64,000 nucleotides of DNA, from contig MEXN01000007.1 in NCBI GenBank assembly GCA_001773695.1, positions 115,204-179,203 of the forward strand, in the 5' to 3' direction. Within the stretch, counting starts at the first letter, position 1. Every line of letters begins with the position of its first letter. Positions 35,125-45,888 of the stretch are shown here, one piece after another. Below the pieces are notes generated by a model. That model saw only the letters and a list, made by a program, of their open reading frames with translations. It was not told the origin of the DNA and made no database searches. The translations under genes and the position numbers were made by a program. Origin of the DNA: Candidatus Amesbacteria bacterium RIFCSPLOWO2_01_FULL_48_25 (GTDB lineage Bacteria > Patescibacteriota > Microgenomatia > CAZETR01 > Amesbacteraceae).

Positions 35125-35974
35125 ATTGCGACGAGACCCAGCCTTGCCCGACGGCAGGCAGGCCAGAACTGGTTGACGGCAGGTCTACCTTAATAAGATA
35201 CCACCCAGAATCGGATTTGAGGAGGGGGTAGGTGGCGGCAGGTTTGACCTGACCAAGTTCAGAACTTGTGGTTTTTGGCTCGGAACGGACACGTAAAAAG
35301 CCGGTAGGCGTATCCAAAATGCGCACATAGGGGCGGGCGAGAGTGGCAGAAGGGGTAGCTGGCGAAGCGGTGGGAAGAGGAGTGGGAAGAGGAGCGGGTG
35401 AACCCGATAGCTTGACCGTGAGAGCTAAGCGGTAGCTAGCGACGGCTTGGGCCGTAATTTGGCGATCTGTAAACCCAGGAGCAGAGAGGGTAATGTTGTG
35501 ATCTCCGGGAGTAACCGGAGAAATAAGCAGTGGGGTAAACCCTTGGGGTTGGCCATCGATGGTGACAGAGGCGGAGTCTGGGTAACTGGTAACAATACTG
35601 AGGCTGGCTTCAGACCCACTTTCGCCAAGTAGACTAGTGATGTCTCCGGCCGAAGTGTCGTCCGTTTCGCCAAACTCGCGGTGGATGACAGTGTAGGTAT
35701 CTGGAGTAAGGCGGATTTTGGCTTGATACGGCGAAACGTTGGCCAAAGTGTCAGGGATGATTTTGACGGTCACTTCGCCTGGGGGGAAAAGTTTTTCCAA
35801 TGGGGTGCGGCCGACTTGGGCATTGTCGATAAAAACAAGCGCTGGGGGAGTGGAGAAGACTTTGAGGCCGGCGGTGGGAGTACGGGAACGAATAAATGCG
35901 AAAACGCTGAAACCGACACCGATAATTAGGCCGGCGGCGATGAGGATTAGGCCGATAAGTTTGGTTTTAGGCAC
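35105..35974 (-). CDS. PEGA-domain + bacterial SH3 domain membrane-anchored protein
   Basis: Two S.P..A.V.ID....G.TP repeats; LRVRSEP..GWY..GWVS. Confidence 0.85.
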   Translation of the reverse strand: MPKTKLIGLILIAAGLIIGVGFSVFAFIRSRTPTAGLKVFSTPPALVFIDNAQVGRTPLEKLFPPGEVTVKIIPDTLANVSPYQAKIRLTPDTYTVIHREFGETDDTSAGDITSLLGESGSEASLSIVTSYPDSASVTIDGQPQGFTPLLISPVTPGDHNITLSAPGFTDRQITAQAVASYRLALTVKLSGSPAPLPTPLPTASPATPSATLARPYVRILDTPTGFLRVRSEPKTTSSELGQVKPAATYPLLKSDSGWYLIKVDLPSTSSGLPAVGQGWVSSQYAQKYE

Positions 35975-36010
35975 GGGCTAATAATAACATAGATGTTAAA
36001 ATGAATGGGC

Positions 36011-36083
36011 GATCCGGTGGCGAAGTGGTAACGCGGCTGTCTGCAAAACAGCTATTGCAGGGGTTCGATTCCCCTCCGGATCT
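36011..36083 (+). tRNA. trnC: tRNA-Cys (GCA), CCA not encoded
   Basis: Acceptor GATCCGG/CCGGATC, anticodon arm GCTGT-CTGCAAA-ACAGC, T-loop TTCGATT, U discriminator. Confidence 0.96.
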
Positions 36084-36260
36084 CCCGAATATAATGCGTA
36101 TTTGCATGAGCTTTGGTTGGGGCTTAATGTTTCGACAGAAAAAGTAATTTTTTAAATTATATCCCGATTACACTGGGGGTAATGTTTTGGGCGATGTTTA
36201 GGGTTTTTTTATAAATGATAATAGAGGAAAAAGCGTAATTTGGGTTTTGTTCGGTTGGAG

Positions 36261-36289
36261 TTGACGGGGGAGGGGATTTGGGCTATAAT
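36261..36289 (+). promoter_or_regulatory. Sigma70-type promoter
   Basis: TTGACG-17-TATAAT. Confidence 0.75.
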
Positions 36290-36300
36290 GCGCATATATC

Positions 36301-36329
36301 TCTGCGCATTCTGGCGCAGAATTTTTTTT
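36301..36329 (+). terminator. Terminator-like hairpin in the 5' UTR of the M23 gene
   Basis: TCTGCGC-attctg-GCGCAGA-A-T8. Confidence 0.6.
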
Positions 36330-36334
36330 GGTAT

Positions 36335-37009
36335 ATGAAGTGGAATGACCGACTTATAGCTTGGGCCCAGAAGACCATAAACCAGCTGGGGTCTCCCCTA
36401 CTACTTAAAGAGCTGGCATGGCGGGGTGTGGTATTCGTGGTTAAGTGCGGACGGAGTAATCCAATAAGCTTTGCAATACGCCCTGTTTTGTCTCATCCTA
36501 AGGGAAAAACGATTTTAGGAATGGCAATAGCAATGATGGTTTTGGCGACCTCGATTTGGGGACCTATTCCCACAGCGGCTGACGCAGGGGGCAGGTGGGA
36601 GCTACCGGTTATTCCTGAGGGGAAAATAAGCCCTGTGACCGTAGAGTCGGTAGTATTGCCTGTCGAAAATTTCCGCATTTCTCAAGGGTACGGATGGCTA
36701 CACTCAGGAGTGGATATGGCGGCTAAAAAGGGAGAAGCTGTTAAATCGGTTATGGCGGGACAAATAATAGCGGTAAAAAGGGAACGGTGGGGATACGGAC
36801 AGCATGTAATCGTCGGCCACAAAAATGGTTACGAAAGCTTGTATGCTCATCTGTCTAAAATTAGCGTGGCCGAGGGCGATCGTGTGACGACAGACTCGGT
36901 TTTGGGTGAAGTGGGGTCTACCGGCCGATCGACCGGACCGCATTTACATTTGGAAATCCGCCAAGAGGGTAAATTGGTCAACCCGAAGACGGTGTTGGGG
37001 ATGAAATAG
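36335..37009 (+). CDS. M23-family metallopeptidase
   Basis: HSGVD, YAHL, GSTGRSTGPHLHLE; start set downstream of the promoter. Confidence 0.9.
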   Translation: MKWNDRLIAWAQKTINQLGSPLLLKELAWRGVVFVVKCGRSNPISFAIRPVLSHPKGKTILGMAIAMMVLATSIWGPIPTAADAGGRWELPVIPEGKISPVTVESVVLPVENFRISQGYGWLHSGVDMAAKKGEAVKSVMAGQIIAVKRERWGYGQHVIVGHKNGYESLYAHLSKISVAEGDRVTTDSVLGEVGSTGRSTGPHLHLEIRQEGKLVNPKTVLGMK

Positions 37010-37382
37010 GCAGATAAGACTTGATCTTGGCCATAATGTCTGTGGGGGTAATGTCGGTCTTAACCAGGCAATCTACTGCCCCAATAGTTAGGGCAATATC
37101 CCGTTGGTGATCAAGATTGGTGATAACCAGCACGGGAATGGATTTGAGCTGGGGATCGCGTTTGAGCTGCTCTAATACGTCGAAGCCGTTCTGGCCGCCG
37201 GGAAGCATAATATCTAAAATAATAAAGTCGGGATGCGTGTCACGGGCTGACTGGAGACCAGATTGGGCTGAATCGGCCAGAGTCACTACATACCCAACTT
37301 GGGTGAACAAATCCTGATAGAGTCCTTGGAGTTGGTCGTCGTCTTCAATAATTAAAATGGACGGGGAGTTACGGGGTGTCAT
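36978..37382 (-). CDS. Single-domain response regulator (REC)
   Basis: ILIIEDD, ILDIMLP, ITN, LVK. Confidence 0.92.
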   Translation of the reverse strand: MTPRNSPSILIIEDDDQLQGLYQDLFTQVGYVVTLADSAQSGLQSARDTHPDFIILDIMLPGGQNGFDVLEQLKRDPQLKSIPVLVITNLDHQRDIALTIGAVDCLVKTDITPTDIMAKIKSYLPISSPTPSSG

Positions 37383-38209
37383 GAAAGAGGAAGGGTAACA
37401 TAAAAGATGGTACCACTTGGAGCGGAAGTGAACCAGATGCGTCCGCCGTAATGATTGACTTGGGACTTAGTCAGATAGAGACCTAGACCTTCTCCTTTGG
37501 TGGTAAAGATGTGCGGTTGGTTATTTTTCGGAATGCCGGGACCGGTATCGGCGACTGTGATGGTTAGATTGTGGTCCTGCGAAATGTCAAATTTCAATTC
37601 AATTCGACCATTGGGAAAAGTGTACTTGATAGCGTTGGAGAGAAGATTGTGGAGAACGGTATGAAAGAACTTCGGGTCAATTATTATTTGAGGTTGGGGC
37701 GGGTACTGAACTTGGATGTGGAGATTTTTCGAAATAATCTGGGGAGAGAGCTCGGTGGTAATTTGTTCCACGACCGTTTTGGGAGATGTAGGCTGAGGAC
37801 TCAGAATAGAAGCGCCAAGCTGAAACCGGGAAATATCCAATATGGTATTGGCTAGATCAATCAAATTTTGGGCGGCCGAGCGGAGATTAGTAAGATAGGT
37901 TTTTTGCTGCACGGTCAGGTTGTTTGAGGTGGAGGGTGACAATAAAACGTCCAGATGCCACTTAAAACTAGCCAGGGGGGAGCGAAGTTGGTGTGAAGCG
38001 AGAGAGATAAATTCGGTTTTGGCCTGGTCCACTTGTTTGAGAGCAGTAATCTGCTCGCGGATGGTTTCCAGCATTAATTGGATGCCAACAAAAATTTCTG
38101 TGAATTCATCGTCGACGTCGGGGATGGGAACATTTTTGGAAAAATCACCGATGCTGGCACTGGCTAATATGGGAAGAAGAGGGGCGAGTTTGTCTGAGGT
38201 GGTAGTCAT
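37379..38209 (-). CDS. Soluble histidine kinase (HAMP-like + HisKA + HATPase)
   Basis: SHQLRSPL, NLLSNAIKY, DTGPGI, GLGL; no TM. Confidence 0.9.
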   Translation of the reverse strand: MTTTSDKLAPLLPILASASIGDFSKNVPIPDVDDEFTEIFVGIQLMLETIREQITALKQVDQAKTEFISLASHQLRSPLASFKWHLDVLLSPSTSNNLTVQQKTYLTNLRSAAQNLIDLANTILDISRFQLGASILSPQPTSPKTVVEQITTELSPQIISKNLHIQVQYPPQPQIIIDPKFFHTVLHNLLSNAIKYTFPNGRIELKFDISQDHNLTITVADTGPGIPKNNQPHIFTTKGEGLGLYLTKSQVNHYGGRIWFTSAPSGTIFYVTLPLS

Positions 38210-38568
38210 GATTTGAGCCAAGAAATGGCTTGATCGAAAGCATCGAAATAGCGGACACGGTCGGTTTTACCGGTGGCTTTAATGACCAGATTGACCATGT
38301 GTCTCATAAGCCGGTTACCGCCAAAGATGGCCACCTTGTTCACTTCTGTTTCTTGAATAATATTACTGGCAATGCGCCGAGCATTTGAGTCTACTTTACC
38401 GATATCAGTTAAGTCGCTTAATATTTTGATGGGGCGATTGGAGACTGAAAGTTGGGAAGCAAGTTTGACAGTTTGGTCGTGGATATATTGGGCGGCAGTC
38501 GCGTCCTGATCGCCCTGGACAATATTGTGAATAAATCCGTCTTCACCCAAAAATACTTGGTTGGGCAT
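38206..38568 (-). CDS. STAS/SEC14 (SpoIIAA-like) domain protein
   Basis: ILSDLT..VDSNARR, KVAIFG, RYF..FDQAISWL. Confidence 0.8.
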   Translation of the reverse strand: MPNQVFLGEDGFIHNIVQGDQDATAAQYIHDQTVKLASQLSVSNRPIKILSDLTDIGKVDSNARRIASNIIQETEVNKVAIFGGNRLMRHMVNLVIKATGKTDRVRYFDAFDQAISWLKS

Positions 38569-38573
38569 TTGGG

Positions 38574-39128
38574 TTATTGTAGCACCTGTTCAATGGCTGA
38601 TAGCAATTGGGGGGGGCGGGTGAAGCCGGAATCGGAATTGAGGTGGCCACCGTTTTTGATGACTATAAATTCGGCGCTTAATTTGGAGGCGAAATCATGA
38701 GCGATGTCCATGGGAACGTAAGGATCGTTATCGCCAGCAAAACAAATAAATTTATGGCAGTTTAGTTTGACTATGGGCCATTCAATTGGTGCTTTCACAA
38801 ATGGAAGATTTAACGATTTAACTGGCTCGCGGACCGGCAAATCCTGGGCGAAGCCGGCGGCAAAAAAGCAGGCGCGGAGGGGGGCTTTTGCGTTTTGCAA
38901 ATAAAGACAGGTGGCCAGGCAAGACATGGAGTGGGCGACGATTGTTACATCGCCACCTGGATCGCCTACCGACTCCCCTATCGCCCGGATCCAATTGTCG
39001 GGAGTTTGGTCTTTGGGTAGCTGGGGACGAAGAGTCCGATGACCCAGTTTTTCCAACTCCCCGGCCAACCAGGGGAACCAGTTGCCTTCCGGGCTACCCA
39101 GCGTGCCGTGGAGAATGAGAAAATTCAT
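38574..39128 (-). CDS. RBBP9/YdeN-family alpha/beta hydrolase
   Basis: ILHG..NWFPWL, AHSMS, DNDPYVP, GGHLN. Confidence 0.9.
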   Translation of the reverse strand: MNFLILHGTLGSPEGNWFPWLAGELEKLGHRTLRPQLPKDQTPDNWIRAIGESVGDPGGDVTIVAHSMSCLATCLYLQNAKAPLRACFFAAGFAQDLPVREPVKSLNLPFVKAPIEWPIVKLNCHKFICFAGDNDPYVPMDIAHDFASKLSAEFIVIKNGGHLNSDSGFTRPPQLLSAIEQVLQ

Positions 39129-39616
39129 GTCTTTTCCAGGTATTGTTCAAGTTCACTAAAATTGTGAAAATAAACAGTGTTTTTTCCAAATGATTCCGCT
39201 AGTTTTGCGGCTTTTTCTCTCCGACGTGGAAACTTGATAAAAATATAAGGGATAAAGTATTCCAAATTTAATTTGTAATTTTGGCTTCCTATTCTTTTTT
39301 CCCAACCTAATTGTAATTTTATGTACCTGGTTATGTGACGTATAAACGTGATTATCGAATGAGCTTCAAAAATAAATATTAAGTCAGCATTTCTAATACG
39401 ATAATCAGGGTCTTTTGTAAAGGCGTTGCCTTCAATGATCCAGTTGTTTGAATTGACCAGTTTTTTAATCTCTTCCCCAATGTTTATCCTTTTTTCCCTA
39501 CCTATCTGGTCCATAAGTTCATCCAGGTGTATCACCGGAGGCGAAAGTTTTTTCCCTAGACGATCAGCAAAAATAGACTTCCCACTGGCGGTGTCTCCAA
39601 AAATCATGATTTTCAT
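39125..39616 (-). CDS. P-loop kinase-like protein (FlaR/topology modulation family)
   Basis: GDTASGKS, IHLD, WIIEGN. Confidence 0.75.
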   Translation of the reverse strand: MKIMIFGDTASGKSIFADRLGKKLSPPVIHLDELMDQIGREKRINIGEEIKKLVNSNNWIIEGNAFTKDPDYRIRNADLIFIFEAHSIITFIRHITRYIKLQLGWEKRIGSQNYKLNLEYFIPYIFIKFPRRREKAAKLAESFGKNTVYFHNFSELEQYLEKT

Positions 39617-39680
39617 AAGGGAATTTTAGCATCGACTGGCTGGGTTGTGGTTGATGGAGTAGAATTAGAACAAGAGCCAT

Positions 39681-40127
39681 ATGACAAATCAAGTTAAGCA
39701 CTTTTATGTGGGAGTAAAGGGGTTAATAATTAGGTATGACGGGAAGATATTGCTTCTGAAACCAAAAAGGGACATGCACCCGTTTTTCATAGGTGATTGG
39801 GATATACCGGGAGGGCGAATCTTGAGTCATAGCGAGGGGGAACATAGAATCAGGTCAAAGATAAAGGAAGAGACAGGACTGGAAGATATTTATTCCATAA
39901 AGCCTTTTGGAAGTGGAATAATTCAAGATGCGGAGTTTGCGGAAGAGGGGCAAGTGGTGGGGTTAGTATTGATGGTATACATTTGCCGACTGGGGAATAA
40001 GGACCAAAAGATTAACTTGGACGAAGGCCACTCGGAGTATAAATGGTGCAGTCCTGGAGAAGCGGCGGCAAATCTGTATCAATTTCCCAACGACTTTCGA
40101 GAAAGGCTTGAAGAGATGAGGTTTTAG
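39681..40127 (+). CDS. Nudix hydrolase
   Basis: WDIPGG..KEETGL, HSEYKW. Confidence 0.8.
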   Translation: MTNQVKHFYVGVKGLIIRYDGKILLLKPKRDMHPFFIGDWDIPGGRILSHSEGEHRIRSKIKEETGLEDIYSIKPFGSGIIQDAEFAEEGQVVGLVLMVYICRLGNKDQKINLDEGHSEYKWCSPGEAAANLYQFPNDFRERLEEMRF

Positions 40128-40140
40128 GGTTAAACCACAA

Positions 40141-40419
40141 CTAGGCGAGTTTGGCGCGGTGGGTTAAGATGCTCGCCCAAGTGAAGGCGGTGTCGGACCA
40201 ATCGGACGAGTTGGGAAGCGTGGATTTGAGATAGAGGAAGTCTTTCATAAAACGATCATAGGTGGGGCGAAAACGGGGATGAAAGTCTTTAAGTTGGTCG
40301 AGATAATTTTGGGTATCTATTAAAAACTGGGAAACGCGGGAGGATTGATGGCCGAATGAATAGCGGCCGAGACGACCCATATTAACGGCGATATTTAAAA
40401 CCAGGTCCCGGGAGGTCAT
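40141..40419 (-). CDS. Hypothetical helical protein
   Basis: 92-aa ORF, ATGA-coupled to the DUF5674 gene. Confidence 0.65.
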   Translation of the reverse strand: MTSRDLVLNIAVNMGRLGRYSFGHQSSRVSQFLIDTQNYLDQLKDFHPRFRPTYDRFMKDFLYLKSTLPNSSDWSDTAFTWASILTHRAKLA

Positions 40420-40748
40420 ATTTTGACAAAGAGTTTGTCGACTATCGCTTTCATTTGGGCGCGAATTCCGGGATCGAGAGCCTCGCGACTAGAATTAGTG
40501 GGCGGGCGGATATTGATCATTGATTCATAATCAATTTCTTTGGACTCGAGATCGACTCCCCCACCCCAGAGATCCTTTTGGTAGCTGCCGTCTTGAAGTA
40601 ACAGTTGTTCGCCTAGATAGTGGCGTAGGCCGCCGATGGTCATAACTTCACGCTTAAGATCAACGACAAACTTGACGTAACCTGCTAGATCCTCGGATGC
40701 TTTTGAGATTGAAGTTTTGTCTGCAGGAGAAGTGAGCAGAATGACCAT
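40416..40748 (-). CDS. DUF5674-like protein
   Basis: KFVVDL, LLLQDGS.QKDLWGG, YESMINIRP. Confidence 0.75.
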   Translation of the reverse strand: MVILLTSPADKTSISKASEDLAGYVKFVVDLKREVMTIGGLRHYLGEQLLLQDGSYQKDLWGGGVDLESKEIDYESMINIRPPTNSSREALDPGIRAQMKAIVDKLFVKI

Positions 40749-40766
40749 GAGGGGATTTTAACAGAT

Positions 40767-41984
40767 TCACGAGGAGAGGAAGTCGGTGGCGGGAATGGCA
40801 GTAATGGCGGGCGAAAGCGGCAGAATGGCAGGGTGATGAAAGACAAGGTTTAGATTTGTGACTTTGAGTTTTTTGCCGGCTTGAATGAGACTTTTGGTCT
40901 CGCGCTCGAAGGTGTCGGGGTCGGAAAGATCGTAACAAACCTGGTAAAGGCGGCTGTCTTGAACAAAATCGACTTCTTGGCCGGTGTGAGGGTGACGATA
41001 ATAAAAAATGTCGGGATCGCGCCGACGGAGATGCCAATAGATTTGATTTTCCAATAAACGGCCGTAATTTTGAGAGAAGCGAGCGGAAAGGGCGGTAATA
41101 AAGCCGGAGTCAATGACGTAAAGTTTTCTAGAATATAAAAGGCGGTTTTTGGCAGAAGCTGAAAGTCGGGAGACTTCGGCCGTGAAGTAACTGTCCCTAA
41201 AATAGGAAAAATACTGGTTGAGAGTAGTTTTGCCAATAGCTAATCCTAAACTTTTAAGATCGTTGTAGGTTTTGGATACGGTGACAGAGGTGCTATTTAG
41301 TAACAGTTTAAGAACCGTCTTTAGAGGTTCCTCGTTTTTTAAGTGATGCCGGTCGAGAATTTCGCGCTTGACCACGGTTTGGAAATACGACTGTAATAAT
41401 TCAATCTTTTTTTCCTGTGGAGCCAAAACTACTTCCGGGAATCCCCCGTAGATAAGAAAATCGGTAAAACTTGGGCCCTGGAAGCGGGTAAACTCGGGAA
41501 AACTCAGCGGGTAAACGATTTGCTCCCAGGCCCGACCACGGAGTTCGGTGGGAATTTCAAAACTGCTGAGCTGGGAAGAAGATCCGGTGACGACAATTTT
41601 TATGGAACTACTATCCAAAATACGACGTAGCCATTTAGACCAACCGGGCTGGTTTTGCAACTCGTCGAGAAACAGATAGTCCGGGAGAAAGCCGTAAGCC
41701 TTTTCAATTTGGGGTAAAAGCTGAGTGAGGGTGTCTTCTTGTATCGGAATCCGTTCATCTTCGAAGTTCAAGTAGACGACTTTTTGGCGGGGAAGAGTGG
41801 CTAAAAGACGGGAAATGGCGTCGAAAAGGAGATAGGTCTTGCCGGTGCGCCGGAAGCCGGTGACTACCAGAGCTTTGCCTAAAAGCCCGATATTTTCCAG
41901 TTTTACGGGCTGATCACGGTGAATAACCTGAGGCAGGGGGCGGGAGAGCCATTCCTGCAAAAGAGGGCTAAATATGGAGTTCAT
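40767..41984 (-). CDS. AAA+ ATPase (AAA_14 + DUF4143 type)
   Basis: GFRRTGKT, LDELQ, TGSS, GGFPE, KLYVIDSG, EVDF. Confidence 0.9.
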   Translation of the reverse strand: MNSIFSPLLQEWLSRPLPQVIHRDQPVKLENIGLLGKALVVTGFRRTGKTYLLFDAISRLLATLPRQKVVYLNFEDERIPIQEDTLTQLLPQIEKAYGFLPDYLFLDELQNQPGWSKWLRRILDSSSIKIVVTGSSSQLSSFEIPTELRGRAWEQIVYPLSFPEFTRFQGPSFTDFLIYGGFPEVVLAPQEKKIELLQSYFQTVVKREILDRHHLKNEEPLKTVLKLLLNSTSVTVSKTYNDLKSLGLAIGKTTLNQYFSYFRDSYFTAEVSRLSASAKNRLLYSRKLYVIDSGFITALSARFSQNYGRLLENQIYWHLRRRDPDIFYYRHPHTGQEVDFVQDSRLYQVCYDLSDPDTFERETKSLIQAGKKLKVTNLNLVFHHPAILPLSPAITAIPATDFLSS

Positions 41985-42021
41985 AGTACAGAACTATAGC
42001 GATTCTGTACTACAATGTCAA
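41985..42021 (-). promoter_or_regulatory. Promoter with 9-bp inverted repeat around the -10
   Basis: TTGACA-17-TATAGT; AGTACAGAA-n9-TTCTGTACT at 41985-42011. Confidence 0.65.
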
Positions 42022-42591
42022 ATTTGAGTCCGGTTTCGACACTCTAAAGATGTGGGGTTTGGCCAGAAGCAGGCTTATTAGAGTCAGGGCGGATGGAAGT
42101 TGCTGGTTGACTAATAAATTATACGCTTGATCGAATGGTAAGGTTTTGATTTCCAATCGCTCGACGGGGTCGTTGGGTAGAGAGTGGGGTTTCAGGTCCG
42201 TGGCCAGCACAACATAGTAATTGCTATCTATATGGATAGTAGGTGTAAATTTGGCCAAGATCACTAGTTTGTCAGCTTTCATTCCGATCTCTTCCTGGAG
42301 TTCACGATTGGCGTTGTCCAATACTTGCTTATCAGATGGATGTTCGGCTTCGACGCCCCCGGCGGGAAGTTCCCAAACATAATCTTTCCTGGTCGGGCGC
42401 CATTGACGGACACAATATACAGAGTTGTCGTCTGTAAGGGCGATGATACCAACCACATCGCGCGATCTAACATACTGCCAGACAGCAGTCTTACCACCCG
42501 GAAGTTTGACTGTGGCGTCTACGAGCTGGTGTTTGTGGTTTGTGGGGGAAGTGATAACCGATTCTGAAATTATTTTATAACCGGTAGGCAT
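42010..42591 (-). CDS. Nudix hydrolase (ADP-ribose pyrophosphatase-like)
   Basis: VRQWR..WELPAG..ANRELQEEIG. Confidence 0.85.
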   Translation of the reverse strand: MPTGYKIISESVITSPTNHKHQLVDATVKLPGGKTAVWQYVRSRDVVGIIALTDDNSVYCVRQWRPTRKDYVWELPAGGVEAEHPSDKQVLDNANRELQEEIGMKADKLVILAKFTPTIHIDSNYYVVLATDLKPHSLPNDPVERLEIKTLPFDQAYNLLVNQQLPSALTLISLLLAKPHIFRVSKPDSNLTL

Positions 42592-42616
42592 GAAGGGATT
42601 TTAGCACTTGGGGGGT

Positions 42617-44257
<1,641 letters not shown>

Positions 44258-44575
44258 TTAGCTTATTACAGCTAGGATGTCCTCGAATTTGACAAATAAG
44301 TATTCCTTGTTATCAATCTTGACTTCGTTGCCGCCCCATTTTTTGTAAATCACCTTATCGTTTTTTTTGGCGGGAGCTTTTTTCTTGGCGCCGGAATCGG
44401 TCACGTCGTCATCCCCTACTGCTAGAACTTTGCCTTCTTGGGGTTTATCGCCTTTGGCGGAGTCGGGAAGATAAATGCCGGAGCTGGTTTGGGTAGGTTG
44501 GTCGTCCGGCTCGATAAACAAGTAGCCGGCTGCTGGCTGGATTTGGGAAAGACGGGTTTTATCACTCTTGGCCAT
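44258..44575 (-). CDS. groS: Co-chaperonin GroES
   Basis: TSSGIYLP, PQEGKVLAVG, EDILA; upstream of groL. Confidence 0.96.
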   Translation of the reverse strand: MAKSDKTRLSQIQPAAGYLFIEPDDQPTQTSSGIYLPDSAKGDKPQEGKVLAVGDDDVTDSGAKKKAPAKKNDKVIYKKWGGNEVKIDNKEYLFVKFEDILAVIS

Positions 44576-44603
44576 GGTTTGCTAGCAATATATACCAGAC
44601 AGC

Positions 44604-45059
44604 CTAAATTCTTGTCAAGAGGGAAGATAGTTCGGTCAAAAATTTAGCTTGGGCGGGATGAATTTTGACTTGGGCGATGGAGAGAGAAAACCACTCGCCC
44701 CTGTCGACTTCGGGGTAAGATTTACCAAAGAGGACAAAAGTGTTGCTCTTGAGCTGGGTGGGGTCGAGATTACCTTCCACGGACCAGGCATAAATAACTT
44801 TGCCGCTTTGGATCTTGACTGGAGATAGAGGTACAAAATCGCCGGAGATGATAGCGCCGGTTTCTTCAAAAAATTCTCTTTTGGCAGTCTGAAGCTGATC
44901 TTCGCCGGGGCTAAACTCTCCTTTGGGAATGGACCAGACTCCCATGTTCTTTTTGGCCCAGAACGGGCCGCCGGGATGGACGAGAAAAATTTGCAGGTCG
45001 GGCTGGTGACGAAAAAGCAAGATGCCAGCGCTATTTTTTCTGAGGGTGGAAGAAGGCAT
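44604..45059 (-). CDS. Nudix hydrolase
   Basis: VHPGGPFW..WSIPKG..AKREFFEETG. Confidence 0.9.
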   Translation of the reverse strand: MPSSTLRKNSAGILLFRHQPDLQIFLVHPGGPFWAKKNMGVWSIPKGEFSPGEDQLQTAKREFFEETGAIISGDFVPLSPVKIQSGKVIYAWSVEGNLDPTQLKSNTFVLFGKSYPEVDRGEWFSLSIAQVKIHPAQAKFLTELSSLLTRI

Positions 45060-45888
45060 AGCCTAATCCTACTCTTTCTGTGGTCATTTTGGGTTTCATA
45101 TATAAATATTGCAACCAGAATAGTAATAGATTTATTGGAAACAGTAAATTTGAAATTTTAAATTTTAAATTTGAAATCAAGTCTAAGTTATTAAATTTTA
45201 AATTTTTCAATGATTCTGAATAAGCCACTGGAAGGTAATCTTTGGCCCAGGAGTTGGCGGTTAAAAACCCGTAGTGGGTGCCGCCGCGGTCGAAGATGCA
45301 TTTGGCTTGCAAAATTTCGTGGGCGGTATATAAGTTATTAGCTGTTAGTCGTAAGCTATTAGCATCTAAATAGAGGTTGTCGCAGATGAGGCCGGGGGCG
45401 ATTTTGACTCCCGGTTTGCGGCGAAAAGAATGGATGTTGAGATACACAAGGAGACGGGTGAGCCAGAGGGTGTGGGGAGAGGTAATAATCATCAAATCGA
45501 TGTCGTCGTCTGCGGGGCAGTTGTTCATGGCCAGGGCGCCGGTGACGAAGATGGCCTGGATAAAGGGAATTTTGGAGAGTTTATCCCCTACTCTGCGAGC
45601 GATTAACCATTTTGGTTTACTGAACTTCGCACGTTGTTTTCTGAGATGAATTGAGTTCTGATAACCTGACAAAAAATAAAATCCGTCTTTTTTCTGTACC
45701 TCACCCCATCCCTCTCCTAAATTCTCGCTTTGCTCGTGCCGTTGGCCAGGAGAGGGAGCCAGAGGGAGAGGTTTAGAACTCCAACGGCGGATTTCTGTAT
45801 ACGTTAGCGGGTAGTCGTAGCGGGCGAAGTAGGACAGGGTATTTGCCAGGGAGTTATTTTTGAGTTGGGGGAGCGACGATGAGGCCAT
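45031..45888 (-). CDS. Nucleotidyltransferase-fold (Pol beta-like) hypothetical protein
   Basis: VTGALA..DDDIDLMII motif. Confidence 0.65.
   Translation of the reverse strand: MASSSLPQLKNNSLANTLSYFARYDYPLTYTEIRRWSSKPLPLAPSPGQRHEQSENLGEGWGEVQKKDGFYFLSGYQNSIHLRKQRAKFSKPKWLIARRVGDKLSKIPFIQAIFVTGALAMNNCPADDDIDLMIITSPHTLWLTRLLVYLNIHSFRRKPGVKIAPGLICDNLYLDANSLRLTANNLYTAHEILQAKCIFDRGGTHYGFLTANSWAKDYLPVAYSESLKNLKFNNLDLISNLKFKISNLLFPINLLLFWLQYLYMKPKMTTERVGLGYAFFHPQKK
45698..45772. repeat. In-frame CCCTCTCC..GGAGAGGG element with a 24-nt nested insert
   Basis: Arms match the reverse complement of 59188-59238; loop is 24 nt longer. Confidence 0.85.

Noticed and set aside
36084-36260. Integrated element at tRNA-Cys, or the short ORF MSFGWGLMFRQKK
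   Set aside because: No integrase or duplicated tRNA 3' end seen; the ORF is tiny with no supporting structure
42601-42609. CIRCE element (TTAGCACT)
   Set aside because: Only a half-site, downstream of groL, and it overlaps the next gene's -10; none seen upstream of groS
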